A DNA stretch of 64,000 nucleotides from Blepharisma stoltei ATCC 30299. Taxonomy: Eukaryota > Protista > Ciliophora. The translations under genes and the position numbers were made by a program. The DNA lies in the NCBI GenBank assembly GCA_965603825.1, contig CBFDEM010000020.1, forward strand, positions 806,001 to 870,000, given 5' to 3'. Below are positions 23,509 to 37,221 of the stretch, piece after piece (positions within the stretch are counted from its first letter, which is position 1; each line of letters starts with the position of its first letter). The notes beneath the pieces are model-generated. The model ran no database searches. It was not told where the DNA came from and worked only from the letters and a program-made list of their open reading frames with translations.

Positions 23509-26500
23509 ATGGATAAATCTAAATTAAGTATCGGGAGCTTAAATGCTTTGAGTGAAATCTTTCAATCTGCAAAGCAGCCTAAAAACAGTTCAAGCACCAA
23601 AGATTTTGTAGAAACCGCTACTGGCATTGAGCCAAAAGATAGTGTGAAAATTGATAGATCTCTAACGAAAGAAGAAACAAAAAGGTGTCCGATGGCATAC
23701 AAGTCTCCACAGGAGGATAGTAATAGGCAAGCTAATTCTAAGTCTCCTATGATGATTACACCTAAAGGAGATGAAGCACCTAATTATTCAAAAACTAGCA
23801 CAAGGGATTGGTATTTTGAAGAAAATGAAGCTAATAAAATAGCAAGAACAAATCAAAAAGACAAAGAAAGTGATAAAAATCAAAAATTGCAGGGCCAAAG
23901 AGATAATGTATTAGAAATTAAGCAAACTGATCATCACCTTGAGAAGAAAGAAGTAATAAATAAAGGATTCAGTTTGTCACCTCAAAGGAAAAAGCCTGAA
24001 AATCCAAATTTCTTTCAAGAACGCAGCAAGATTGAAGGCGCTACATCAGAATCTAAAGTTTCTGAAGCAAAAGAGATCGAAAACCCCAAAAATAAATATA
24101 TCAGTCCTCAAAAACCGAGTATACTGCCACCAACTGCAAAGAATAATCAATATCAAAAATTATTTCCCACTCAGGCAGCTTACCCAAGTCAACCTTCTAC
24201 AGAAATAATTATTCCCGAAAACTATCAAAATGGCGGTTTGCAAAATAAATCTTCAAAAATCTCAATCCCACCACAAAATCAGCTACCAAAATCTCAAGAT
24301 TTCCAACAAAAATCCGATTTTTTAAAAGAGCAAGCAGTCAAAAAAATTGAGCCGAGATCAGAAGAACAAGGAAATTTTCTTTTAATTAACGCTTTGTCTG
24401 ATATATTTTCAGCTAGAAATGAAGATGAAAAAATAGACAATTCAGAAGAAATAAAAATTTATAAACTGCCAGAAAAAATCCCACCAATTAAGTATATCCA
24501 AATTGAAGAAAAAAAAGCTCAGCCTATCCCAGATCCAAAACAAAAATCTTACAGTCAATTTAGTGCTTCATATGAATTCAGGAAGCAGCCAGCTATTCCA
24601 CAGCCAAAAATAATTAATCAAAAATTGAAGAATGACATAAATTATGATCCTATTTTTGATTTTATTACGAATTTTAATCCTTCCTTATTAAGCTGTGAAG
24701 ATTTGCCTGAAATTCCTGATACTTTTACAGATGCTGCACAATATGAAAAGCTATTTTTGCCGTGGTTTTATGAAGAGCTTAAAGAGCACGCTTTGCATGG
24801 GTTTGCACTGATAGATAGAGCGAAGTTTATTTGCTCTAAATTACGTTTCACCAAAAAAACAGCTTTATTTCGTGATACTACAGGCTTTGAAGTAAAATTT
24901 CAAAATCACGATGTTGTAATAATTATTCCTTTAGAAAATAGTAAAATACCTCTATTCTCAAGCTATATTGAATCTGCAAAAGAGTATAAGATTGGAATTA
25001 TAATAAAAAACAAAAAAGAAAACTATAAAATCCTCCTCAAAAAGGAGCAAAATCTAAAAGGATTAAATGGAGCATCATCGTCACCAAGTAAAGAAGAAGC
25101 CAATGAGCTCAATAGATGGAATTCAATTGATAAATTTGCTGTTGTATTTATAGAGAAATTAGTTCCAGATATGAGAGAATTTAAAGCTTTAAAAATTTTG
25201 TCTAGATTTAATCTGCTCAGTTATATTCTCAACCCAGCTCCACCTATAAAATCAGAATTATCAAAATACTCTATTGAATTTCTGCAGAAAAACAAACAAT
25301 TTTTCAATGAGTCACAATATTCAGCTATCAGAGAGATTTTACAAGTTAGAGAAGGGATTTCGCTCCTCCAAGGACCCCCAGGAACTGGAAAAACAAGGAC
25401 AATAATGGGACTAATTTCTGGATTTTTCGAAAATTTAAAAGGCACTAAGCGTCCGAAAATCTTAGTTTGTGCTCCAAGTAATATAGCTATTGATGAAATT
25501 GCTTTGAGAATTATTCGTGATGGACTTCTAGTAGAGGGTAGATGCACTGACGACATTTATCCAATCAGAATTGGGAAGCGCAATGGATGAGAAGAAGATA
25601 AAGATTTAAAATATGAAGAACCAGATGAAGTAAAACAAATAAGACTAGAATTTTTGACAGAAAAAGGTTTATCGCTTAAAGGAATTAAAAATCCTTTAAT
25701 AGAAATTGAAAATTTAAAAGCAGAAATGGACAAAAATAACGAAAAAATAAAATATATGAAAGGAAACACAGAAGAAAAAAATAAATTAATCTGCTCAATA
25801 AAAAGCTTAGAATACAAAATTTCAAATTTACAATCAAAATTGGCTGAGTATTATAAACAAAAAAATATAGAAAGAAGTAAAATTAGAAATAAAGCAAATA
25901 TCATTCTTTGTACATTAAGTGGAGCTGGATCTGAAGCATTGCAACAAGGAATTTCTTTCGATTACGTGATTGTTGACGAAGCTTGCCAATGCATTGAATT
26001 AAGCTGCATAATTCCTTTCCAATACGGTGCTAAGCACGCTGTTCTTGTCGGTGACCCCAATCAGCTCCCAGCCACAATATTTTCAAAGTCAGCAGTTGAC
26101 CATAATTATGATCGATCTTTATTTGAAAGACTATGCTTCAATGGGGCAATCCAATGCCATTTTTTAAGCATCCAATACAGAATGAATAAAGAAATTTGTG
26201 ATTTTCCCAATAAATTTTTTTACAATGAGCGGCTCGAATGTGAGCCTGGATTTTTTGAAAATCGCAAAGCTCCTGAATGGATTCCTCCTTTAAATACAGT
26301 TTTTATTAATCTAGAAAGTTCAGAGGAATCTCGAATTGGCAATGAAATGAGCTTTAAAAATAACGCTGAAGCTGCATTTATTGCTGATTTGTATGATTTT
26401 ATAAAAAGATCCTTTGCTAATCAGAAAACAGATTTAGGGATTATTACACCTTATAGAAAACAAGTAGAAAAAATAGAAGAAGAATTAAATTTGAGGCATT

Positions 26501-26907
26501 CTAACTGGGATAGCCATATGGAAATAAATACCGTTGATGGGTTCCAGGGGAGAGAAAAAGATGTGATTATTTTGTCTTTGGTTAGAACCACAGATGTGGG
26601 GTTTTTAGTTGATAAGAGGAGAATGAATGTGTCACTTACAAGAGCTAAGTTTGGCTTGTGGGTGGTTGGAAATGAGTTTTGCTTGGAAAATGATGAAAGC
26701 TGGGCTCAATTTATGAAGTATTGCAAAGAAAATGATAAGTTTATTTCCTGCAGCAGTTTTCATGACATTTATAAAATTTTTGGGAAAAATATAGAAGGAA
26801 AATGGAATGGAGTAAAGCTGCAGGAATCTGAGAGTGAAAGACAAGATGAAGATGTTCAGAGGCAAGATGATGAGATAAGGCTTTATAACTCATGGGAGGA
26901 ATGCTAA
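23509..26907 (+). CDS. Sen1/senataxin-like (UPF1-family) SF1 helicase (1132 aa)
   Basis: Two in-frame ORFs joined by TGA at 25588. LLQGPPGTGKT, LVCAPSNIAIDE, IVDEACQ, LVGDPNQLPAT, LSIQYRM, NTVDGFQGREKD, RRMNVSLTRAK; low-complexity N-terminus. Confidence 0.92.
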
Positions 26908-27013
26908 TTTTACAATTTTTTAACACAATTAAACAGTCTCTATCAAAAAATTATTCATAGCAATATTATTTTTCAAATTTATCTTCATTTATATGTAAAA
27001 TTATTATTTTCAT

Positions 27014-29672
27014 TTATTTCTCCCTCATTTGTTCACAAATTTTTTCATACTCTTTTCTTGCCTGGACTATCATTTGATTTGTTACTTTTATATACCCCAT
27101 TTCTTTAAACAAATCATTATCAAACACATTCACTTTTGCAAACGGGCCATGAAGGCTTGACATCAAAGACAAAATATCCTCAAATTTCTTATGCAAAATA
27201 TGTCCCGATATCCTAGTTAGCAGCGCAATGCTGACTTTAAATATAACTTTTCAGCCTTTCTAAATAAATCTTACATAAAAAAACTGGTCCCAAATTTTAA
27301 GCAATATTTCTATTTTGCTGTTTAGAATCCCTGAAAATAATGTAATAAATCATAAAGACGCAAAATGGTTAGAACTGATCATTTCAGCGTTAAAAGTTTT
27401 ATGGACTTCAGGCAAAAGATACGCTAAAAATCGATCTAATGTAAAAAAGAAAAGTTTTAGCTTGGAGAGGTTGGAAGAAAAGAGTTCCTCCATTTTAAAT
27501 TTTTGGATCATAGTGGAGAGGCATCAAAAGACTTTTTCCTCATCTCTTAGAACGTAAAAAAGTGTCCCTGCTATAAAATTCATCCCTTGACAGTACCCTA
27601 CGTCAGGTTTATAAGAAGCATAAGCTTGGAGGATATTTCTGAGTTTTTCACTATCAACAATAGGGTCGTTAGGGTATGACCTTAATATGTCCATCACAAT
27701 GACATCTTGGACTTTTTCAATTGAAGATTTGTCGACTTTTAGCTTATTAACAAGATCTGTATAAGAAATTTTTCCTGGCTTGCATAAAATTGAGGTTCAT
27801 GCTTCGAGTCGGACTTTGTCATTTAAGTCTTCTATTAGAGCTCGCTTGATGATTTTAAGCTTTAAATTAGAGTATCAGTGCTTGCAAACTAGCATAAGCG
27901 GCAAATAACACTCTTTTGTGAGAAACTGGAGAGAAAGACCTATAGGCATGAACCTGCCTCACTCATCTCTTTCAGCAGATCTTTTTTTAAGCGATTTTGG
28001 CTTTCCGAATTCTTTTTTATAAAATTCAATCTGCGCTGCATGAAGCTCAGTCATCAATGAAAACCTTCTTTCTTCGTCCACTTTAGTCCTTTGGGCTGAT
28101 TCAGATATTATTGATCTTGCTAGTTCTAAAGGAACCTTCAAATTAGCCATGTAAAAGTTAAATTGATTCAGCAGCAAAGTCGCCGTATTTTTTTCTGATT
28201 TTTCTACCGAAAATTTAGAATTTTTGAAATTTTTCGGCTGGACCTTATTTTTCCTAATTCTTTTTCGAGCCCTATGAAAAGCTTCATTATCAGCCAAAAC
28301 TTTTGAATTAATCGCACATTCAATCGTCTGGCTTCACATTTTTCTTATCTGGAAAATAGGATGATGTGACAAATGCTCAAAAAGATACCCTTTTTTTACC
28401 CCAGCGGTCCTGAATATATGAGAAAGTACCACAATTTTGTAAAATAAATTATAATCACAGTCAGCTTCATTCATAAGTGAGCTTAAAATAATTGTCAAAA
28501 AATTCGCAAGGGTTTGCAGATGCTGGATTTCTAAATCTGGGCTTGATTTTTTGGACTCTAGGAGCTGGATAAATATTCTTCTGCCTTCAGTTGTAAGAAG
28601 CACATCTGTTAACGAGACAATGGTATGGTTATTAATTCTTTCTTCAGTGTCAGTTGAAGAGCTCATACTATCAGAGCTTGAGCTGCTGAATGATTTTTTC
28701 CTTTCTTTTTTCGGAAACAGCCTATGTAAAATTTCTTTAATTAAAGCAAGAGTGGTATGCATTGGAACATATCCAATGCCTGGACTGATATACCCTTGCT
28801 CCATAGCAAGAGGATCTTGCCCTAGTTTTTTAAGGTCATTTTTCCAGTCTTCATAGATCGCCCATTTTTCTTGAGGGAAAGGCTTGAATAAGTCTAAGCA
28901 TTCGCTTTCAAAGCTACTGATGTCTTTAGGGGAAACTTCATTTATTGTCTCTGTCAGCTCAGCAGTATCAGCTTGCAGTGATTGATAAAAGCTGCTTTTT
29001 GACTTCAAATATTTTTCTATTGTTTTTTTAATAAATTGGACCCTGGTTTCTTCATTATCTCTTAAGGCACAGCATATTTTTTTCCTCAAGGCTTCATATT
29101 CGCCCCAATGTCTTTTCTCTTCAGCCATAGAAGAAAAATAAATTTCTGAGGCCTTGTGGGCTTGGTTTTTCATTTCTTCTGCATTCAATGATGCAAGAGT
29201 TACCCTATCAAATTCATCCTCTAGCTCTAAAACCCGCTGGGCCTTTTCAGCTTGGACACTGGCTTTAAAATATGCATTCTTATTGAGCTCTAGCTGCTTT
29301 TTTGCCTTAGAAAGTGAATGAGCATTACTGTGGCCTTCATTAATAAAATGTACATAGCTGTTGGCGAAATTTTCTCTGAAACCTTCTATAGGCTCAATAA
29401 GCAGGGATTTTAGCGTCCTAATTTGAAAATTACTTTGCAAAGTTATATTGATGGGATGCTTCAAGCCTCAAGGACTCAGAAAAGTCGGAAAAAAAGGACT
29501 GCAACGACGATGTATTGTCAGACAATTTAATTTCTTCAGTAAGCTTGCTTATTTTAATTGCTGCGTCCTCAGTGATTTCAGTATAAGCTGAAAAGAACTT
29601 TGACAGATTTTCGAGATTGTAACTGTTTAAGTTAAAATAGTCTTTAGAAACCTGATAGCATTCAATACTCAT
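27014..29672 (-). CDS. Rab-GAP TBC-domain protein with N-terminal F-BAR-like coiled coil (2 introns)
   Basis: Exons joined across introns 29418-29433 and 27260-27274 plus TGA=Trp. TBC motifs RLEAW, IVMDILRSYP, GYCQGMNFIAG, LWFITLFS, IWDQFFYKGWKVIFKVSIALL. The N-terminus has an F-BAR-like pattern ending NEETRVQFIKKTI. Confidence 0.88.
27260..27274 (-). other. 15-nt spliceosomal intron
   Basis: gtaagatttatttag; removal restores TBC IWDQFFY|KGWKVIF, retention gives an in-frame TAG. Confidence 0.92.
29418..29433 (-). other. 16-nt spliceosomal intron
   Basis: gtaattttcaaattag; removal fixes the 1-nt frame offset between ORFs 29430-29672 and 28334-29464 (FAKTLKSL). Confidence 0.92.
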
Positions 29673-29765
29673 TAACTAATTTATTATGCTTTCAAAGACA
29701 TTATTAAACTCTACGCGAGAATATAAATTTACAGTCCATCCCATAATAAAGAATTATTATTTTTA

Positions 29766-30581
29766 TTACAGCATAGACATATCAGGATCATGCTTTTTGT
29801 TAAATAAATACGGCTCAAACGGGATTGCCATTGAATAATTCAGCTCTGGGCTAGGACTCAGCGATTTTATAGCTTTCGGTTTTGTAATTTGGCTTCGGGA
29901 AGTCTCAAATCCTTTAAATCTTTTCAGTGTATTTTTCTTATATGACTCATATTCTTTCAGATAAGGCGATACAGACTTCGAAATAGTCGCTAAGCTTTCA
30001 TTTGCGCAGCCATTTATAGGGCTAAGTCTTTCAAAAGTCGGGCTCTGTGAAAGAGTCCTCTCTATAGGTGGCAGCTTGCTTGTCTTAGTTTTTTTCCCTT
30101 GAAATTTCACTAGCTGACACCTATATTTTTTATTTTCTTCCCAGCCCTTATCCATAGCTTTTTTTTCAAGATAAGGCGATTTTTCTTCAATTCTTTTAGC
30201 AATCCTCAAATTCTCATATGCGATTTTTTGTGCTTCTTTTTTCCTCATAACGCCGTTCATGCTTTTCGGCCAAAACATGTAGGAAGTTATATGAGACTGT
30301 TTAAATCTTACATATTTCTTGCGAGATATTTTTGTCAGTTTGTCTAAAAGCATTTGGTTTTCTTTTGAAATTGCGATTTCTTTCATTTTATTTGTAGTGA
30401 CTATCTGTGGCCTTTTGGATTTGTAAGTTGGAGACTTTGTATAACTGTCTGGGGATGAGCCGTCTATTAGGTGCGATCCTTTTTCTTTAATAGCTTGTAA
30501 TTTTTTCTGGTGGATTAGCATGGAGTAGTCTTTGTAACGTATCATTTCAGGATCGGATTCAACATACCCAGGATTGTGCAT
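29766..30581 (-). CDS. CFAP97/Hemingway-domain ciliary protein
   Basis: Pattern HQKKLQAIK..IDGSSP, ISKENQMLLDKLTKIS, SMNGVMRKKEAQKIAYENLRIAKRIEEKSP. Confidence 0.75.
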   Translation of the reverse strand: MHNPGYVESDPEMIRYKDYSMLIHQKKLQAIKEKGSHLIDGSSPDSYTKSPTYKSKRPQIVTTNKMKEIAISKENQMLLDKLTKISRKKYVRFKQSHITSYMFWPKSMNGVMRKKEAQKIAYENLRIAKRIEEKSPYLEKKAMDKGWEENKKYRCQLVKFQGKKTKTSKLPPIERTLSQSPTFERLSPINGCANESLATISKSVSPYLKEYESYKKNTLKRFKGFETSRSQITKPKAIKSLSPSPELNYSMAIPFEPYLFNKKHDPDMSML

Positions 30582-31009
30582 ATAATGGCTTTTAAAATAA
30601 TTAAATAATGAAGAGGAAGAAATTTAATTAGATTTTTGGTATTATGGCGTCATAAATATTTAGAGAAAATAAAGAGTGATGGTTGGAGAAGTATAATTGA
30701 AAAGAAATAACATATTGGTTTAGAAAAGAAACGAAACTTATGGGATTGTTCATTAAAACTAAAATTTAATAAATCAACAATAGTGATTTAATAGAAATTT
30801 TAATTTTTAAAAATATGTGAATTTCTAAATAGAGAGCCGCTGAAATATTTAATTTGTGTATGTCCTATAAACTTATATTAGAGATAATAGCATATGATTT
30901 AAATCAATCTTAGAATTTTCATAGAAATTGCAAAAAATATGAAATAATTTGTTTTAAAAGGATTATTTGGATTCAAATAAGATAATTTAAGGTTACAAAA
31001 AGAAGAGTT

Positions 31010-32119
31010 TTAGCTGAAATTCCCCCATGCCCTTTGTCCTTCAATAATAAATTCAGTGTCCAAATCTAAAAATGTAGCGGAGCTTTCTATTTCTATAGCT
31101 TTATTATCTCTGTTATATCTACATCTATAAATAACCCCACTCAATGACCCTATCAAAATGCATTCATTATTTTGAATTCCTATAACTGGGCCATTTGTTT
31201 TTGAAAAAGGGCAGCTTCAATTAGCATCATTTGGCAAATATAATTTGCAGCTACTTGGTTTATTAGTAAAATATGAAGGCAAATAATTTTTTATTCCAAA
31301 ATACGAACCAGATTGATCCCCATCAATATCCCACAAATGCACAGTATTTTTTGTATTTGCAGCTATTACAAAACTTTGGCCAAATGCAATTGTTGAAATC
31401 CTAGAAGGGGTATTTCCTCTTCTTAATTCATGCAAAACGGCAAGCGAATTACAATCAAAAACCCTTATCAATGTGCCTTGTTCGCTTGCACTTGCTCCCA
31501 TTCTTGAATCAGAATTTAAAGCGATATAGACAATAGGGTTTTCGTGCATCGGATTTTGCCTGATTTCGCCACTATCAATATTTTCTATTCTGATCTGTCC
31601 GATCTGTGTGGTAGTTGCCAATATAAATTCTCCTTCATATGAGATAGCACATGCTCCATAAGAATTCCCTTCAATTCTTATCAATTTTAGCTGCTGATTG
31701 TCTGGGTATGAATATATAAAAATCTGAATAGTTTTTACAATATTTTCACAAATTACTACAATTTTATCGTATCTAGCTAAAATATTCAAGATTTTGTAGT
31801 CAAAATTTTTCTCATCTGAAATTCCTTTAGAATCTTCATTTCAATAATATAGAGTATTCGGATTTTGGCGTTGGTTTAGCACACTAGCTACAAGTAAAGT
31901 TGTATTAGAGTTAGGGACATTGCAAATTAACGAAAATCCTCCTGGAAAATTGATCCCTTTCTGCAGATCATATTTAAAAACTGCGTTACTGCTATTAGTG
32001 TCTCAAGCTCGAAAGCCTAGTGTTGTTCCTATATGTATTTTCGACTATTTATAGCCTACTTCTCTCACATCAATAGAAATTGCTAAAATCCTGCAGCCTA
32101 GATCCTGGACTTCATTCAT
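31010..32119 (-). CDS. Atg18/WIPI-like PROPPIN WD40 protein (1 intron)
   Basis: ATG 32119, intron 32045-32059, TGA=Trp read-through (including 31217), TAA at 31010. H..PI..IALN...MGASASEQGTLIRVFD...ELRRG phosphoinositide-binding motif, TVHLW. Confidence 0.88.
32045..32059 (-). other. 15-nt spliceosomal intron
   Basis: gtaggctataaatag; in-frame TAG if retained. Confidence 0.85.
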
Positions 32120-32146
32120 TTTATTTATATTTAAATACCGATTACA

Positions 32147-35100
32147 TTATTTTCTTTTATTTCCATTAAATCTTGTCTCCACATTGTTTTGCCTTTGTCT
32201 TGCTCTATAAGACTCAATAGTGTCCAGAAAATGATAAAACGTTATCTTAGCCTGCTTCTTAATATCCAGCGCTTTAAAAATTTCTGCTGACTGCTGCTCA
32301 TTTAAGTCTCCATTTATACTAATAAAATCCCCGATTCCGTATTCTCCTAGTACATTTATTCTTGAATTTAAATAATTTTCGCATGTTCCTATTTCATTTA
32401 CGTCTAATTTTTGGGCTATTGATTTCAATAAAAGCTGGACTTGCTCACTAGTGTTTGATTCCCATACATAAGGAAGCGCTGGGATTTCTTTTATTATTCT
32501 TCCATTCTCTATGCAGCTTCTATACAAATCAACTCTTGTCCATATTTGAAAACCAAAAATCCTCTTGTTATCTCTTTTGTCTATTTCTCTAAACAATTTT
32601 TCTGCAGTTTCAAGACTCAGCCCGAGTTTTACATACATATATCTAGCAAATCTTTGTGTATCAAAAAGATCATGAATATTCATGTCACTGAAAAAGTCAG
32701 CAGTTTTAACATTTTCAGGGATTTTTAATGCAAAAGTTGTGAGGCTCTCTGTCTGATTAATTTTAAGTCCAGTATTTTTACAATAAGTTTCAAGACATGC
32801 GAAAAAATGATAAATTTTGATACCAGTGCAGGTAGGGACTTCTAATGCCCTAAAAAGCGCAGTTGCTTCAGGTGGGGTAAAATCACTAGAAAAAGTTCTA
32901 ATAAATCCTGACAAGTCAAGAACTTCTTCAGAGTCTATGTTATTTTCTACATAATAATGATAAGCATTTTTATTATGTTCGTCTAGGCTTTTCGCAACTG
33001 TTTTTAATATATTTTTTACGTCTTTTGGGGCCTGCTGATTGTTATTGAAAGGAAAACTCCCTAATTCTCCTCTGGCAAAGTGAGCTAAATCAATTAAAGC
33101 CATTATTTGATGAGCATGAATAAAGCTTCTCCCATAAGGATTAAGAAAATCAAAAATATTGACCAGCATTGGCTTATGGAACAGCGGAAAAAGTCCTGAA
33201 AAATCCTGTAGCGTAATCGTCGAGTCCATCGTCAAATTTTTCGACACAAGCCAGCCTAGTGCTGAAATATTTTTTGAGACATATTTATTAATCTCATTTA
33301 TTTCTTGTTTCGGCACATAAACTGCTAATAAAGACGAGTTTCTATAAGTGTCCAAGACAGTTATCAGATGATAAATCGCAATTTTTGTATTTTTATTAAA
33401 TTTCAATAATGACAAATAAGTGGACGCTTCTTGTTTTCGTAAGTTTAAATGCCTTTCAAATAGATTGCCAAGCTCGTCTTCTGTTAATTGAGATATAAGG
33501 TTTATGCCAAAGACCGCTAGAGGCTGGGTCATTATATCAGAAACTCTTTTATAAAATGATTTTATTCGGATATCTAGGTCTTCTCGTTGAGAAATCGGGA
33601 TTCTGGGAAATGGAAGCAAGATGCCAGGCTCTGGGAACATGCTTAAAAACATATCAAAATAAGTAAAAAATTGATAGACTGGCTGATTTTCGTTATCAGT
33701 TCCATACACAACTCGATATAAAGTATCAGATTCAACCCCATTCAGCTTAAGCGCAATAATTATTCTATTTATAAGCTCATCTTTGTTTAAATAGTCACTG
33801 ACACTTAAATTATATGGAGCAAAGTAAATTGGAGCCTGCTGCCGAATATTGTTTATATTAAATGCACAGAGCATCACTTGCTCTCCACATAGTGAGATTG
33901 AGTACTGATAAGACTGCAAAACAGCTGCTAGATGGTACATATAGCATTTTGCTGGAAAAAAAGGCTTGACAAGCTCAAGCTCATGGTATTCTACATTCAA
34001 AAATGTTAAAAGTCCCCAGTCTAAAATCGGGCTTGATAAATCAGGTAGCTGTCTATATAACGGACGATTTTCATTAAAAGTTTCCGCTGCTTTTTCTAAT
34101 ACAAAAATAATAGATTTATCAGCTTCTGGGTTTTGAGGAATCGGCAAATTAGAAATATTATATCTAAAAGAATCAAGTACAGTAAATAAAGTATAAGCAT
34201 AAACGCTTCCTTGGTTACTTGTATCAAGCACCTTTAATATTTCTCTACAATCCATCTCATTAAGGTCATGGGCAAAACCTATCTTTGCAAGCCTTGCTAA
34301 ATTTATCAAATTTTGAGGAAAAAGCCCAAAATTTTCAAAATATTGGTGGATTGGAAAAGAACTTGGGCATTGGATTATCAATTTTTGGAATTTATTTATC
34401 AGAATTTCATTTTGTAATAAATTTCTTAATGGAATTGGTGGGAGTAAAGATCGCTTCGGTTTAATTGAGATTCCAGGAGTTCTTGGTATAGGAGGCAGTA
34501 AATTAATTTCTTCATCATTTCTATTAGCTTTAGTTTTGCCATATTCCTCTAGGAATGCGTCACTGTGACTGGACTCTTTTCCGTCTTTTAGCCTTTTTAT
34601 AAACTCCGGCAGCTCAATTGTACCGTTTTTATTAATATCCATTGCTTGAGAAATATAACAAATATCTGTGTATGTCAGTAAAGACCCAGGTAAGCATTTT
34701 TTAATAGCTGCCCTGAGTTCTTGTAAATCAATTTTCCCATCCCTATTGGCATCTGCATAATAAAAAACAGTCTCAGGCGCCACCTTAAGCTTGGAAATCC
34801 CATTTTCTAGCTTTCTCAGCCAATAAACTTCTTCTACACTAAGTCCATTCTGATCTATCTTATTTGGCTCTTTTTTGGCAGCTTGCAGGAAAATTGCTTC
34901 CACATCTTTTATAGTAATTTTATTTTTATTAAAAAGTTTCAGGGCTTCTCTCGTCAAATTTGGGTCAATATGTCCTGCAAACCTTACTATTGTGTTTTGG
35001 AAATCAGCCAAAGAAATTTCGCCTTGGTTATTTTTGTCAGCAATTCTGAATAAATTTATTGGCTTTAAGCCAAACTTGTGGAGAGCATTGAGAAATTCGT

Positions 35101-36868
35101 CAACTGAAGATTGGGCTGCACTTCTTGGGCTTAAGGGCCTAGGGGTTTCAAGGATAAGAGAGTCTTCTTTATTTTTATTTTCATATGGTTTAAGAGCGGC
35201 AATTAGTTGTTTTAAAGAAATTCCTCCGCGTCTTTCAGAGTCTAGATAATTAAAAAGCTGAATTGAGTTGTCCTCAGACAAAGAAAAAAATTTTTTGCTA
35301 AAATTAATAAAGGTACTTATATCAATAACACTAGGAATTCGGTTTCCAGAGCAAAATGATGAAAAATCTCCTTGTTTAGATATGGTTTTTGCTATTGATC
35401 CGAGGGTTTGTCGTATAGAAAACTTGTCAGAGTTTGAATAAATTGTAAGAAAATCCTGCATTTCAATCAAATCAATCATATTGTCCTGGTCAATGTCCAT
35501 ATACCCAATCAGCTTTAGCAGGTCGCTTTGTTCCATATGTGGGTACAGTCTAGCTAAATTTCTTGCAAAGGTAGAAAGCGTGATTTTTCCGTTTCGGGTA
35601 GTCTCAATCAGATCGAAAGCTTCAGGAATCCCAAGTCCTTGGCTTTCCATTTTGTCAACTGTTGCCTTTACTCATTCACTTCTCCTTGTATTTGGTCCAC
35701 CTTTTTCAGGAATTGCTGAAGTCGCTATATTTTTTTCTATATGAAAATACTGGACAGCTTTCCCTACATGTTTTAAAAACTCTTCCCTGGAGAGTTCGCC
35801 GCTTTTATCAGTGTCAAGAAATGTCACCAATGCATGGAAATCTTTAATTTTAAATCCAATATTCATACTTCTTATGAGTTTTTCTAGTTCTTCTAAGGAA
35901 ATTTTTCCTGAATTGTCTGTATCACATAAGTTGAAAAGCTCACTGGGTTCGATATTTTTTGAATTCATAGCATTAATAAACCTCATCAGGGTTTCTTGTT
36001 CATATGTTTTATTAGATTTTCTCTGTTTTTCTGTTTCTACTTTAAAGGCTGACAGTGCTTCATAGAACTCATTAGCTTCAATAGTCCCATTGCAGTCTTC
36101 ATCAAGAATCAATATAAATCTGGTAAGCTGAGATTTATTTAGTCCAATATCAAGTTTTGATAGAAATTTTGAAAATTCTTCACAAGTCACGACTCCATCA
36201 CCGTTGATATCTGCTGCTCTAAAGCATTGCTCAAGAGTAAGTTTTCGTTCAGAAATAGCTGAGACTACTTGCTTAATGATTTGTTCATCTGAAACTTGGC
36301 TTTTTTCGAAGGTTTTAGATTTTTTAACTTCGTTCATGATCATTTGATAGAATATTTTTCGCTGCTTGTAGCCTTTTCAGATCTTTTGGATATTAAGCGA
36401 GGCATCACATCACTTTTTTAGGTTCTTTAAGAAGCGATTGTGGACTTCTTTGTCAAATTCTAAGTGTATTTTGACTGATTTCTCAGCGAATTCTATTTCT
36501 GTGTCTCTTAGTTGTAGTTCTGTTGCTTTAAGCTGGGCTTGACATTGGAAAAGTTCGTTTTTAAAAGAAAGTAATGCAGAATTCTCTTTTTCTAGCTGTT
36601 TTACCTTTTCTCGTAGAGCTATTACTTCGGCTTCAAGCATCTTTTGGTCATTATCTGATTTTGATTCATTTTCTTTTGTGATTAAATCTTGCTCTTTTCG
36701 AACCTGAGGAGGACCATTTCTTTGAATTTTATTTTCTTCTTTGTTTTCTTCAGCTTTTGGCCTAATTTCTTTTATTTCAGCTACTCTTGATTCGTTATTT
36801 TTAGGAGTGGAATCTTGCTTGTCTGGGTTTTCTGGCTTTGGTGGCTTTTGCTTTGGCTCTTTATCCAT
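32147..36868 (-). CDS. IQ-motif plus multi-EF-hand calcium-binding protein (1573 aa)
   Basis: Three in-frame ORFs joined by TGA at 36410, 36377 and 35672. IQ motif IQKIWKGYKQRK (W=TGA). Canonical EF loops DINGDGVVTCEE, DEDCNGTIEANE, DTDNSGKISLEE, DTDKSGELSREE, DANRDGKIDLQE, DINKNGTIELPE, followed by degenerate repeats. Confidence 0.9.
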
Positions 36869-37221
36869 AAAAAATGTTTATATTTAATTTTAAAATTAAA
36901 TTCAAAAAATCACCCCAATTTTTTTATGTATAATAAATTTCTATTTTTAAACTAAAAATTAATTTTTGCTAATTATTATAAGCATAATAAAAACTGTCAA
37001 TTTTATATATAATAATAATGCAGATTTTTATATAGCTATAAGCCAATAAAATAGCAGGATTCAATCAAATCATTTATCTTTGCTTAACTAATCAGCAATA
37101 AACAGCTAAGCTTTATCTTTAGCATCTAACCTCTTTTTTATTAAATTAAGCCATTATGATATATTTTCGCCAAATATTTGGACATGATTATTTTATAAAA
37201 CTCCTCCATTTTTTGTAATTT

